From the NCBI RefSeq assembly GCF_009914755.1, contig NC_060939.1: 64,000 nucleotides of DNA; one strand, 5' to 3'. This document shows, piece after piece, positions 29,903 to 44,457 of the stretch (positions are counted from its first letter, which is position 1; every line of letters begins with the position of its first letter). This DNA comes from the human T2T-CHM13v2.0 reference genome, Homo sapiens. The translations under genes were made by a program, and so were the position numbers. The notes under the pieces were generated by a model. It did not search any database. It was given only the letters and a program-made list of their open reading frames with translations, and was not told the origin of the DNA.

Positions 29903-30541
29903 CAGTTGATTCCCATTATTCACGGATTCCATATTTGTCAATTTGCCTACTTAGTGAGATTTATTTGTAACCTACAAATTCATGTTTCAGGCATTGCTGT
30001 CATTCATTGACTTATGAAGCATGAAAAATTTGAGTTGATCAATGTGCACATTCCTAGCTGAGATCACACAAGAAAACACTCTACCCTCTTGTTTTAGCTC
30101 TCATACTGTACACAAGTGTCCTTTTTGTGGTCTATTTAATGTCATGTTTTTGCATTTTTATACTTTTGGGTGATTTTGCTGTTTAAAATGAGCCCCTGGT
30201 GTAGTGCTGAAGAGCTGTCTGGTGTTCCTAAGCTCAAGAAGGCTGTGATGTGCCTTAGGGAGAAAATATGTATGTTAGATAAGCTGCATTCATACATGAG
30301 TCACAGTGCTGTTGCCTGGGTTAAATGTTAGTGAATTGACAATATATTAAAGAAGGCTCTTTAAATAGAAACACACATAAAGCAATATTATGTATTGATT
30401 GGCTAACAAAAATTTTGTGATCAGAGGCTTGTAGGAACATAACCTTGTATTTCCCCTAGGAGCAGAGGTTCAGTATTTGCTAATTCAGTATTCACAGAGA
30501 CTTCATAGAATATAACTACTGCAAATAATGAGAATTGACTA
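29903..30541 (-). mobile_element. MER82 (Tigger-type), near full length
   Basis: TIRs CAGTTGATTCCCATTATT and AATAATGAGAATTGACTA, TA upstream; internal TGTATTTCCCCTAGGAGCA...TTCAGTATTTGCTAATTCAGT. Confidence 0.85.
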
Positions 30542-30815
30542 TGTGTTTATTTTTCTAGCCTGTATGTCAGAAGCCTGCATTTTAAGGATCTCACGTGATA
30601 TGTGATTAAACAAGATTGCTTTTCTTTCTAAAAAATAATATATCCACATTATAAAAACTTTTAAAATAAATAATTGCTGAGTCAAAGGATGTCAGTGTCT
30701 TTAAAGCTCCTACATACATCATGAAAAAGGTTGAACTGATTTACAGTGCCAGCTTCAGTATATCTTTGCTGGCTGGCATTATTTTGCATTTTTCATATTA
30801 TTTAAGAATAATGGC

Positions 30816-31105
30816 GGCTGGGCACAGTGGCTCACTCCTGTAATCCCAGCACTTTGGGAGGCCGAGGCAGATGGATCATCTGTCAGGAGTTCGAGACCAG
30901 CCTGGCCAACCTGGTGAAACACCATCTCTACTAAAAATTAGCTAGGCGTGATGGTGGGTGCCTGTAATCCCTGCTACTCAGGAGGCTGAGGCAGGAGAAT
31001 CACTTGAACCCAGGAGGCGGAGGTTGCGGCGAGCCGAGATCACGCCATTGCACTCCAGTGTGGGCGACAGAGCGAGACTCCGTCTCAAAAAAAAGAAAAA
31101 AAAAA
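30816..31105 (+). mobile_element. AluS
   Basis: Dimer with shortened linker; TSD core AATGGC. Confidence 0.95.
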
Positions 31106-33199
31106 TGGCAAAATTGATTCATGTTAGAGAAAATTCAAATTACACAGATATATTTAAAATACAACTTAAAATCCTTTCCCCTTTTTTACTTTTTCCCACC
31201 TTTTCCTCATGAGTGTTAAGAATTTGGTACATGTAATTTTCAGGCCTTTTCAGAAAATGCACATAAAAATAAATGAATTTTTTAAATAAATGCATCTATA
31301 TTAAATACCCCTAATTTAATATAGAAGGGACTGAATTTTTGCCTATTATGTGCCCTTAGCATTATGCTTTGTTATTGCATATAATTTAGGTGGAAAAATG
31401 CTTCCTTATTATTTATAAAATACTTATTAAAATGCTTAAGTTGTCAAGAGAAATTATATAGTGATGCTTCTGTTTAATAGCTGTGGTTTACTTTTTATGC
31501 TGTGCAATTAGCTTGGGATGCATATCTTTTAATCTAATCTTTTTTTTTTTTTTTGCCAGTAGCTAGAGCTACAGAACATAACACAGATTCAGTCTTGCAG
31601 TTTTATTATTTTCTTTCACTAGACTTGACAGAGGATTTCAAGGACTCAATTTTCAGGTAGATAAGTAGTTAATGACTAGATGCAGTTGGGTAAACATTAT
31701 CTAGGATCAACCAAGATGCTTAATCTAAATTATTACAACAGTTGTTTCTGGAATGAGTACAATGTGAGGAAAACACTTTAGTGTTAAAGTGATTCTCTAA
31801 CCCCTGCCCCCCTCACTGTGGCAGGAGAAAAGAGGATATTAAAGCTTGGTTGATGCTCATTCATGTATTTCAGGGAATATAGGGACTATTTAATAGTATG
31901 AATAGAATTTCCGTAGATAAAGATTTCCTTGATCTAGTATGAGGAAGTGAGACCTTGTACCAGCTGTTGATACCAGATATAGAATTTTGGTTGAGTTTTA
32001 AGCCCTATTTATACCAGAAAGCTGTAGTTTTAACTTAAGATGACTTAGACAATGAAAACGCTACTGGGAAAGAGATACTAAAATGTTCACAGTTTTGACT
32101 GACAGAAAAACTCAGGAGAATTGTAGAACTTTGAAATAAGTCAGATAAATCCTTTCTAGGATGATGGGACAGAGAAATTGTAAAGGTTTAGGATTACCTG
32201 TTTACTGCTTAGAAAAAAATAAAAAATACACTTTTACCAAGGCCAGTAAGAACTATTTTCTGGAACAAACGGAAAAAGCTGGATAATGCTACTGACTGAG
32301 TTAAGGGGATAAGCCACCCAGTACCCAGGCCTCAGTTTCACCTAACAAGGAGACAGGCCTCGAGCATTGTTAAGAGCCATAGGATTCTATTTTCCAGTGA
32401 GAGAGTACCACTTACGTGATAACTTTGCACCTCTGTCCCAAATTCAGCACTCTAGCAAGATGCCAGGAGTTCTCCTTGCAGGTGTGGAGAAAACTTAAGG
32501 GTCTGGCAGAGATGTAGATTTAGAAAATTCGTGTACACTTGCTTTGCTGTGAAAAATTCACAGAATTTTTGAAGTTTATAAATTCTATTTAGAAAGAAAA
32601 AAAAAAAACACCCTTCTCACTGGTTAGGAATTAGGAGATTTCTTCCCTGTGATATTCTTAGTTTACTCTTGGGGTGATTTTTGTTTGTTTACTAGTGCAG
32701 GTATTCAGATAGTCATCTAAATCCTACAGGCACACCCTTTGAAGTGCGAAGCTTTTCCTGCAGAACATCTATGGGAGAGGCCCTTAGTAGAATGTTTCAA
32801 GGAAAAATATTTCAGATAGTTGTCCATGTTCCTTTCTTAATTTTATTCCTAAAAAATAGCAAGCAAACTTTTTTTTACGTTACTAATTTTTCATTTGTGA
32901 ATATTTATGAAAAGACTCAGTTGAAGTGTTCCTTTATATTAACCTTTTTTTGTCTGAAGATTTTTATTTATAGCATGAATGAATTCTTGCTTGCTCTGAA
33001 AGATTTAAACATTGTAGAAAGCTTCAGAGTAAAAGTAATAGATTAGATTGTGTCCCTCCTCAGAAGATCCTTTGTAAATAATGTCACTTTCTTGCTGTCT
33101 TTGAACTTTGTTTATGAAATATAGGTTTTAACTGTGGCGTTTGCCACACCTGTGAACTTTTCTTTATGTCTTCTGAGTTTTGTAAATATACTTGATATT

Positions 33200-34420
33200 C
33201 TTTGTCTCTTTTTCTGGTAGTTTTAAAAATATTTATCTGTCTAGTCTACCTAGGATTTGTTCTTGTGTATGATAGCAGTAGAGCTGCAACTTAATTTGTA
33301 TGTGGATTTTTACTTTTCCCGGTATAATGTGTCAAACAGTTTGCTCTTTTTGTGCCAGTTTTAAATATCTTTATTGTATCCTAAATATCAATGTATTTGC
33401 TTTCTATACTCTCCTGTTCTAGTGATAATAGAATATGTCTATTTTCATAATGCTGTCACTCTGTTTTTGTTACTGTAGCTTTGTACTATATTTGATTTTA
33501 TGAGGATATTTCCTTTCATTATTCTTATTTTTTAAACTTTTTTTTTTTTTTTTGGTCATCCTAAAGGTTTTTCTCTTCCAGTTGGACTTTAAGATTAGTT
33601 TTCTGAGTTGAGATGCTCGTTGACTTAACGTTGACTTAGTTGACTTTACAAACTGAGGAAGAATTGTTGTCTTACAATATTGAGTCTTCTCATCTGGGAA
33701 ATGGTAGTTCTCTCCATTATTGTATCTTTTTGGTTTTTTTTAATGTCATGTAGTAAAATTTAAAATAAGATTGGTTTGGCATATATATGGGTAGGTTTAT
33801 TTCTTAGGAGTTTTTTTTTTCCTTTCCCCTCCTACCCTTCTTTCTATTCCTATTTGCTATTATGAGTAGAATTTTTTTAAATGCCATTTTCTTTTTTTTC
33901 TCTTCTCTTCTCTTTTTTTCTTTTCTTTTACAGGGTCTCACTTTGTCATCCAGGCTGGAGTGCAGTGGCACGATCAGGGCTCACCGCAGCCTCAACCTTC
34001 TGGGCTTGGGTGATCCTCGCACCTCAGCTTCCTGGGTAGCTGGGACTACAGGTGCACGCCACCATATCTGGCTAATTTTTTGTACTTTTTTTTTTGTAGA
34101 GATGGAGTTTTGCCATGTTGTCCAGGCTGGTCTCAAGAGATCCTCCTGCCGCAGCCTCCTACGGTGCTGGAATTACAGGTGTGAGCCACCATGTCCAGCT
34201 AAACAAATGCCATTTCCTAAATGGTTCCTGTATCTGACCATTTGTAATCCACTAGACTCTAGGCAGACAGGCATTCCATTTGCAAATATAGAAAGTTTTA
34301 CTGCTACTGCCTTCTTTTGAGTACTTTATTTTGTTTTTCTGTCTGCATTGGTTAGAGGGTGAAATAAAATATTGAATAGTAATAGCAGGCATCCTTGTCT
34401 TCTTCCTGATTTTAATGGGG
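33200..34420 (-). mobile_element. Highly degraded L1M ORF2 fragment split by AluJ
   Basis: TTACTGTAGCTTTGTA, TCTTACAATATTGAGTCTTCTCATC, GGCATCCTTGTCTTCTTCCTGATTTTAATGGG. Boundaries approximate. Confidence 0.6.
33890..34200 (-). mobile_element. AluJ
   Basis: J-type dimer; TSD AAATGCCATTT at 33879-33889 and 34205-34215. Confidence 0.93.
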
Positions 34421-34791
34421 CACTATGTATAACTCACCATTTGTTTTCTCATTTCCATACATTTCTGAACTTTTCTTTATAAGGAAACATTTTGATAAGA
34501 AAGTATCAAATTAACTGTAATCAGGGGAAAATATTTAAGTCATTTTTCATTTTTTTCAAAGGATTTGGCAGTGATATGAGATGTGCCAAGAAATAGATTT
34601 TATGATTGATCAAAAACAGATTCTCATATTTGTCTCTCCGTTGAGGAATTCCCCATGTATAGGAGCATGTTAAAACATCTGAAGACTCAGTGCACTACAC
34701 AGAACCTCTGAGAAACCCTAGGAACACACTTTGAGCAAGGTGGTCTTATTTTTCTTCAAGGAGGATGTGAGCGGGATCAAGGGTTCTCACC

Positions 34792-34876
34792 AGTGGCAGT
34801 GACCCAGGCTGGGGTGGAGTCTTGGGGTATGGAAGTCGTGTTCTCCAGAAGTAGATGGAGCCACCTAAGTGGGCCC
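34792..34876 (+). repeat. Donor copy of an 85-bp local dispersed duplication
   Basis: 82/85 identical to 37969-38053, same orientation. Confidence 0.95.
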
Positions 34877-35024
34877 TAAGAGCCAGTTGGTAGGGCTGAA
34901 ATTGAGAAAATCTTCACTAATTGTCAGATCCAGAGGGTCTTTGGAGGCCGCATGGAAACAGTGAATTTAGAGATGTCACGTACCAAATATAAAAGAGGAA
35001 GAGAATGACACACAAGATGTGTGA

Positions 35025-35441
<417 letters not shown>

Positions 35442-36054
35442 TGGGAACACTTTTATTAGGTAAACTTCAAATTACTGTGTGTGCCTAAAAGCCACAAGCC
35501 CTAGTACCTTTAAATGAAAGGTTTTGCGCCAGTGGTTCTTGGAGCCCTGTGTTCTGCAGAGACGCCTCAGTGGACTGCAGGGTTGTACAGCTCCTGATCT
35601 CATTGCCTATTTCAGCCAAAGCAGCTCTGCTTTTATGCATCTCTGTTGCTTATTGGACTTCTAAGTGGAATTATATCTGAAGAAAAGACTTTGCTAAAAA
35701 ATTTGAAAGCTATCATTGTAATTCGTTTTACTAATTTAAATCGTGTTTGTATGGGTGATACTGATCTTGTCTACATAACTGTGGACATTTTGTATCTCAA
35801 CTCAATTTTGCATTTCTCAAGGAAAATTTTCTGGCAGGAAGGATTTAAAAATGACTTTGTCATCCATCTGATGTAGATATTATAGGATTTCGAATGTGTA
35901 GGCATGTGTTTGGGTCAGTTGTGTGCATGTCTTATTTCCTCTAGTAAATGGTGAGCTTCTTAAGGACCTGCTTGTATCTTATTTATTTTGTTTTGCATTC
36001 CTGCTCCCACCATTACTCCTGAGCACCTACCACATATGTTCAGGATGTAGTTCC

Positions 36055-36646
36055 TATAGAAGAAGAAAAATCATTTTCTTCTTCAACCTTCATAGATTCT
36101 TAATTGGAACAGACCCCGTTCTTAGTTGGAACAGACCCCCTGTAACAAAAGACAGATTTAACAAGAGAAAAACCAAATTATTGACATGTATATTTTATAT
36201 ATACGTGGAAGATACCCAGGGAATGAGTAGTTCTCAAAGAGAGGTGGCTTTGAATTCTAGCTTATATAGCATCTTCAACAAAGAACAGTAGGTTTTTAGA
36301 GAAGTGACAACACTAAGGAAAAGGATTTTGAGCCTCTATGGGCAGCAGGTTGGGGGAAGATAAGTAACTGCAGATAACGGCTAGTTAGCAAAGTTTGTTC
36401 ACGTAGTTCCCTCTGGTACCATCTCCAGGCAGAGAAGTGAGAAGCATCTAAAGCTGTCTGCGGTGGTTAACCTTTGTTCTCCCTGATAAAAGAGGGGGCA
36501 GGATACCTTTCTTCTTTGTAAACACATATCCTGCTTTTAGGCAGATACAGGGAGAGCAGAGAAGCTTTCCTGCATTTGCTTCTTCTTAATTGTCTTCAGC
36601 CCAATAATCCTTCATATTTTGGGGTGGCCTATTCTGGTCTCCCACA
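36055..36646 (-). mobile_element. MER34-family solo LTR (ERV1)
   Basis: Ends CATATTTTGGGGTGGCCTATTCTGGTCTCCCACA (reverse of MER34 start); 4-bp TSD TTCC at 36051-36054 and 36647-36650. Confidence 0.82.
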
Positions 36647-37789
36647 TTCCTGATTCTCTTCAAACCCCTGTGAATGAACATCCACTTTCCCTTCAGCTAG
36701 TGATGTCACTGAGAAGGCAGGAGAGGAGAAATTCAGAGGGAGGAGTCCTCCAGCAGCCTGACTTCCCTCTTGACTCTCAGTGTGCAGGCGAGTTGTTAAG
36801 AGAGCTCTAAATAGCCTCTTCTGGGGATTGCTGCATTTTACTAGGATCACCGAAAATTGAGGCGGGAGAGCTTGCCAAGAAAACCTCTCCCAGTTCTGCG
36901 TGGGCTACAATCTAAGTAACTGAGGCCAGCGGATGTGGACTGAGCCTAGAGGAATTGTGGTAAGGAAGCCTTGTTTCATGGTGGGATTATCAATGTTGTC
37001 CCCAATGTTCAGCTACACCCTTCCTACTCTTCATGGCCAAATTGGAGAACTGTCTCTTCTAAGCAGCTTTGTTTGGCTCAGAGTGAGCTGTGCTCTTTAT
37101 TCTTTAGCCAGACCATGTGCATTATATCACTAGCACTTTCTTGTGCTCGTGCCACCTATTCTGCAACTATCTAATAGAGGGTTTGGTCTTCCACACTAGC
37201 TCTGAGGTAGCACTGTTGCCATAGCACCTGACATATACTGAGTGCTTATTTTAGGCAAGGCTCTTTGGTGGCAATGGAAACCCATTCATACCAATTTGGT
37301 AAACAAGGAAGTTTCCTGTATGCTTTTGGAAACAAAGGGCCTTGGGGATCACCAGAACTGGGGACTGAGGCACTGAAGGTGCTCTCCTGGGCTCCCACGT
37401 ACCTGGTCCCTCTTTTGGTGGGGGGGTGTGCTTTATCTTATTATCCAGATGAACTTGCAAGGTCATTATTACCTCCCAGTTTCCAGTAACCTTCTGTGGC
37501 TGTCCTAATCTTTGTGACTTCGTAATCTTCCAACCACTGAACTAGAGTTCCACCAAATAGAATGGCTCAGTTACCAGGAAGAATTCCACTGGCCAGAATT
37601 GGCCTATTTGACCGAGACCACACCAGTATTAGATCCCTGGCCTGGAAATGGATTAACTGCCATAGGGTCAGGGCTCTACCCCTGCCTAGATGGCTTCGGG
37701 AAAGTGGGAAGGTAGGGCAGGTCCCTGGGGACCAAAGGCAGCTCCTTTGGGCTGGGCAGACCACAAAACACATCTCTTACATTATTTAA

Positions 37790-38227
<438 letters not shown>

Positions 38228-40132
38228 AATACCCCATGTTTTGATGTGAAATTTTTCTGTGCCTCCTGTCTTTGGTTAAGAATTACCAGGCATTCTAAAG
38301 TATGTCTTCACCTGTCTGGACGATGCCCCTGCCCTGCTCCTCAGCCCTTCTTTGCAGGGTGGACTCTGCCTGAATTGCATAATGAAGGCTGTCAGAGAGG
38401 AGGGCAGCTCTGCAGGTGATGAGACTTGAGGACAGTGTGTCACCCCTTTCCACTCATCGAGTGTGCAGAACTGCAACCGAGGCAGCTGGAGCCAGGAGGC
38501 AACGAGGGTGCTGCAGACACAGCCTAAAGAGTGGTGCCCACTTGCGTGGCTCTTTCCAGAGGGAAAAAATGATTTGCCTTTCCATTTGTACAGAATGTCG
38601 CTGCTTCCCATTCTTCCTCTACACAGAAGGAAAGGGAAAAGAAATCATTATTCCAAAACAAGACGGAAGAAAGAGAACTAGCCCCATTCAGGAAAGTCAG
38701 GTTTCTGGCAGGGCTGTGCCTTGCGACTTCATTAGACCCATGTGTTATTTTGAGTGGCGGGAATAATAGGACTTGCACCTAATCAAGGAAAGGAATTCCA
38801 AACAAAAGCTTGGGTGGGGTTTCCTGGGCAGAAGCGTGATATTGTAATAAATGGGAAGCAGGGTTCTACAGTCCAATCTCTGGTCTGATTACACAAATTA
38901 TAGCAAAGGGCCTGTTTTCAAAGGAATGTAACACACCCCGCCGAGGCCCCTCCTCAGCGGGTGTGTCTTCATTTCCTCAAGCTCCCTCCTTAACAGCTAA
39001 CGCCTTCGCGAGAGGAGCTGAGGGCCCTATGCGGAATAATTAAGATGCCTTCTTTAGGGTCTCTGCCTTGGGGCCATTTTACAGGTGAGTTTACCTTATG
39101 CTGAAGTCCTTTAGGGACTCCTGTGGCTAACTTCTCCGCCCTTCTCTTGCATTACTGAACAGAAAGCTAGTGCAGGAGCCTGACCTTCCAGTCACAATTG
39201 CGAACATTTCCAAGCACTAATGAGCCAAGCGCTTTCTATGGAGTTGAGGAAAGTCTGTCTCTCTCTCTTTTTTTTTCCGCAAAAGGTGTATCATCCCTTG
39301 CCACTGTGCCTGATCGCCTGCTGCTGTCCTTGGTCTTCAGACCCCACCCTGGCCTCCTTCCCTTTCCGACTCCCTGGGCCCAGCCAGTTGAGCCACTGAG
39401 GAATTCTCCCTGCTGCTTCCTCTTGCAGTATCCTGCTCCCTACCCCACTTTTTCTTTCCTTTTTTTCCCATCTTCAGATTTTAACATGCTCTCCTCACGA
39501 AAGCTCCCTGTCCTTTTCCTTCCTGGACTGTCCCTGAGTCTGTTAGATCCCTGGAGCACCCTGCGTTCACGTTTTGAGTTGTTATCTCACCTAGTATTAA
39601 ATGATACCTTTGCTTCTTTTTCCTTTTCAACTTATAAGCTCCTCGAAGTCTAGAACTGTCCATCTTCAAATTCGCGATACCTGGCACATAATAGATACAC
39701 CCGAATCGTTTGGAGATATTGTCTCTTAAACAAATGATATATTTTGATTTTATTTTTTAACTACAGCCAATTTATGCCCCATAGCAGATGTATTTCTATT
39801 ATAGCCCTATCTATGTAGTATTAAAGATTTTTTATACCATTTTGGTTTGTTTTTACCCATGTATCTTGCTGCCTTGTCTCTGTTTAACTTTAAGATTCAA
39901 GGAGCCCAGTAACTGTGCGGCAAGGCATCGTGGGACAGTTGCCTGACACCTGGCATCCTGGGTTGTGGCCCTCGTCCTTCACTGGGGATGTGTTTGGGTT
40001 ACTGCAGAATCTGAAGGGCAAGATGAAATCATACAGGTGCTGGTGCCTGTCTCCTCCTTGCCTGTCTGATGCAGCCTCCCTCTGCTCCCTCTTGGCTCTG
40101 CCCCTTCTAGCCTTCCTGAACATCTCTCCTCC

Positions 40133-40507
40133 ATTTATTTATTTATTTATTTATTTATTTCCATAGGTTTTTGGGGAACAGGTGGTGTTTGGTTACATGA
40201 ATAAGTTCTTTAGTGGTGATTTCTGAGATTTTGGTGCACCCATCACCGGAGCAGTATACAGTGAACCCAATTTGTAGTCTTTTATCCCTCACCCACTTCC
40301 CACCCTTTCCCCTCAAGTCCCCAGAGTCCATTGTATCATTCTTATGCCTTTGCATCTTTGTAGCTTAGCTCCCACTTACGAGTGAGAATATATGATGTTT
40401 GGTTTTCCATTCTTGAGTTGCTTCATTTAGAATAATAGTCTCCAGTTCCATCTAGGTTGCTGCAAATGCCATTCATTCATTCCTTTTTATGGCTGAGTAG
40501 TATTCCA

Positions 40508-40570
<63 letters not shown>

Positions 40571-41280
40571 AGTTTCTTTATCCCCTCGTTGATTGATGGG
40601 CATTTGGGCTGGTTCCATGTTTTTGCAGTTGCGAATTGTGCTGCTATAAACATGCATGTATAAGTATTTTTTTTGTATAATGACTTATTTTCCTCTGAGT
40701 AGATACCCAGTAGTGGGATTGCTGGATCAAATTGTAGTTCTAATTTTAGTTCTTTAGGGAATCTCCATCCTGTTTTCCATGGTGGTTGTACTAGTTTACA
40801 TTCCCACCAGCAGTGTAGAAGTGCTCCCTGTTCACCGCATCCACACCGACATCTATTATGTTTTTTATTTTTTGATTATGGCTGTTCTTGCAGGAGTAAA
40901 GTGGTATTGCATTGTGGTTTTGATTTGCATTTCCCTGATCATTAGTGACGTTGAGCATTTTGTTCATTTTGTTGGCCGTTTGTATACCTTCTTTTGAAAA
41001 TTGTCTATTCATGTTCTTAGCCCACTTTTTGATGGGCTTATTTGTTTTCTTCTTGTTTATTTGAGTTTGTTGTAGATTCTGGTTTTTAGTCCTTTGTCAG
41101 ATGTATAGACTGTGAAGATTTTCTCCCACTTGGTGCGTTGTCTGTTTACTCAGGTGACTTCCTTTTGCCCTGCAAAAGCTCTTTAGTTTAATTAAGTCCC
41201 ACCTGTTTATCTTTGTTTTTATTGCATTTGCTTTTGGGTTCTTGGTCATGAAATCCTTGCCTAAGCCAATGTCTAGAAGG
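40133..41280 (-). mobile_element. 5'-truncated L1PB (L1PB1-like) 3' end
   Basis: (TTTA)n tail, CCATAGGTTTTTGGGGAACAGGTGGTGTTTGGTTACATGAATAAG; ORF 41097-41357 contains ORF2-like DIGLGKDFMTKNPKANAIKTKINRWDLIKLKSFC. Confidence 0.93.
40509..40568. repeat. (CA)30 microsatellite inside L1PB
   Basis: Direct reading; pure repeat. Confidence 0.97.
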
Positions 41281-42222
41281 TCTCCCATTCCTGTTTCTAG
41301 CACACTTTGCACATGCTGGGCCTTGTCTCTCTCCCGTTGGGCACAGTGACCTGTCATCCTGCGAGGGTTGGCTTCACTGGCTTCCTCTGGGAAGCCTTCT
41401 GTGATTCCTTCAGCTTCCTCTGCCCTGCCATGAACTCTATGGGTGAAAGCCCCCAGTGTGCATCACGTTTTATTGTAGTCATTTGTTTATGGGTCTCTTC
41501 TCCCACTGGATGGAAGGGGGTGGGGTTCTCAGGAAGGGAGACCTGACCTTACTCCTTTTGGTATTGCCCAGCATATAGCCGAGTGCCAGGCATGCACTAA
41601 CTACTAGGTGATCCAGTAAGTTATTTGATAAGGGGCATTTTCTTCCTTAAATAATGAGTTTTTAAAAACTTACTGGTGGTGTTTTGAGTTTTAGAATGAT
41701 TGCACATGTCCTAATATAGTCAAAGTTTGGGGCTCTGCACTGTGCAACTCTGTTTTACACATGAGGGAATGGAGACTCAGAATCCTTAGCCACACAGCTT
41801 GCAGGAGGCAGGATGGTGCCTCAGCCTCAGGCCTTCAGAGTCTTCCTCTGGTGGGCTTCTCCCCAAGCAAGACAGAGTCCTGGAGACTTCATAAAAGTGT
41901 TATGCTGGCAGGAGATTGCTGGTGTGCCCGTGGGGTGGAGGTAGACTGGACTCCAGGGAACAGGAACGGCTTTCAGAATTATCCCTGGTAGAGCTGACCT
42001 TTTCACACATTGGTGGCAAGACTCATTTCAATCTGCAAAGTGGGAAGATTTCAGAGAATGAGAAAGGCGAGATGAAGTTCTGTGAGCACTACAGAAGGTT
42101 GTGCTGAGGTTAGCTGCACCCCTGGATTGTATACCTTATACATTTTCTTACAGATTTTACTTTTGTGGTGTTTTTCCTGTGTGCATTACTTTTCCTATGC
42201 TGTGTAAGATGTTGCATTCCCA

Positions 42223-42504
42223 GGCCAGGCACAGTGGCTCATGCCTGTAATCCCAGCACTTTGGGAGGTTGAGGCAGGTGGATCACTTGAGGCCAGGAGT
42301 TCGAGACCAGCCTGGCCAACATGGCAAAACCCCGTCTTTACTAAAAATACAAAAATTAGCTGGGCATGGTGTCGGGCGCCTGTACTTCCAGCTACTGGGG
42401 AAGCTGAGGCAGGAGAATCGCTTGAACCCCGGGAGGTGGAGGTTGAAGTGAGCCGAGATTGCACCACTTCACTCCTGCCTGGGTGACAGAAAAACTCCAT
42501 CTCA

Positions 42505-42544
<40 letters not shown>
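42223..42544 (+). mobile_element. AluS with A-tail plus (AT)n
   Basis: Full dimer; TSD TGCATTCCC at 42213-42221 and 42546-42554. Confidence 0.96.
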
Positions 42545-43469
42545 CTGCATTCCCCCCACTGACACACACATACTCAGAAAAGCTTATAAATATCCCATTG
42601 TTGCCTGCATAATTCCCCCAGAGGAGGAGAGATGCATGCAGGAGCTGCTAATTTGTGCTTGTCTGCTTGCTAGAGACTCACCAGCAGCAAACCCAGACAA
42701 GCTGTTAATAAGTGTTAAACACCCCAGAGTCTGCATGCTGGGTGAAGTCCCAGCCAACACTCAGGAGACAAAAACCTTTCCCTTGAGGTAGCCTGTCTTG
42801 ATTGCTATGGTGAATAAAGTTCATAAATACCATTTTGAGAAGTATTTACGATATTCTTTTGGTACAGTAAAATTTCATTAGTTTGGGATAATGAAAGTCA
42901 TCTAACTTAGAAGATATAGGGACAATTTAAAAACATTAAAGTATATACATAATAAATTGCACTAGACTGACAGATGATATTTCTAAAAGAGGTTTCTGAA
43001 ATATGATCTATGACACAAATTTAAGGCATCATTGCCCAATAGAGGGATTTAGGGGATCTGTGCTAATGGATATTTAAGAGCAGCAATTAACATACCACTT
43101 CGTAATTAAGTACTCCTGGATTGCTTAAGGGGCACTGCCTGGCAACAGTTGGACCCTTCAATTCCTTACGTAGCCCAGTGTTCATCTGAATGAACTTAAA
43201 ACTATTTGACTACCCTTGTTTTGCTAGGCAAACGCTTTAAACTTCCAGTTGTGAGTCTAGGGTTATCTCACATTATGAATTAATGTGGTCTACATGAAGG
43301 ACATCCATCCTCTTACGTTTCAAATCAGCAAATATTTGAATGTGTGCTATGTGCAGCAGTGTTAGTCAGCTTTCAAATAATAAAATGTATTTCCCGCCCT
43401 CAAGAAGTTTGCAGCCCACTGTGTAGGATAGACAGAGAAACTGGCATTTGGCCCTGGCATAGCATTGTC

Positions 43470-43511
43470 AGGGGCTGGGCTTTGGAGTTGGATGGCTCTA
43501 CTGTTTACTAG

Positions 43512-43548
<37 letters not shown>

Positions 43549-43655
43549 ACCTCTTAAGCCTCAGTTTCTGCATCTGTAAAATGAGGATCATGATACGTCT
43601 TAGGGTTATTGTGAGGAAAAGCAAGGTAACCCATGTAAACTCTCAAGCATAAATG
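43470..43655 (+). mobile_element. MIR containing (TG)16
   Basis: GGCTTTGGAGT...ACTAGCTGTGTG[(TG)n 43514-43545]...GCCTCAGTTTCTGCATCTGTAAAATGAGGAT MIR core. Confidence 0.8.
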
Positions 43656-44228
43656 TTTGTTGTTTATCTGGTATGGCTGCTGCTGATGCAGTAAGGAAAT
43701 GACTGAGATAAAGCATGGCAAATGTTCCATTAGACTAGGTATGCGTTATATCCCTGAGAACACACAGGTGTGAACAGGATAACTCCTGTTGGGGGCTTGG
43801 GGTGCGGGCAAGAGAGGCCAGTAGCTGGGGAGAAAGTTAGAAGGCTACAGATGAGCGGGACATCAGTACTTCTCTGTTCGTTCATTTGGCAAACATTTTT
43901 GAACATTTTTGGTGTGCCAGAGACTTCACCAGGCACTGGGATTATAGGAGTGACTCAGAACAGATTAAAAACCCTGTTGGAGCCTGCATTCCCAGGGAGA
44001 GAGAAGGGAAGTGCACACCCACGTGTGTAAGAACACTGAGGTGAGGGGTATAAGGCGAGTTCTAGGAATGTGGAGTAATTAAATATGGCCAGAAAATAGA
44101 GGGATGTGCATGGGGTATAGGGGAACTGGATGACCAGGCTTAGGAGGGAAGTGAGCACATATTTGCGAAGGCCTGATGAGTCTTTCTAAAAAACTCCTGG
44201 CAGCATTGAGTAGCCACAGAAACCTTCC

Positions 44229-44457
44229 TTTTTTTTTTTTTTTTTGAGATAGGGCCTTGCTGTGTTACCCAGGCTGGAGCGCAGTGGCACAAGCACAACT
44301 CACTGCAGCCCCAAACTCCTGGACTCAAGAGATGCTCTCACCTCAATCCAGGTCCTCACTGTGTTGCCCGGGCTGGTCTCAAACTCCTGGGCACAGTCTT
44401 CCTGCCCCAGCCTTTCAAAGCACTGGGATTATAGGCATGATCTGCTGTGCCCAGCCC
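44229..44457 (-). mobile_element. AluJ with internal deletion
   Basis: Right-arm and left-arm parts joined at about 44346-44352; central linker missing. Confidence 0.88.
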
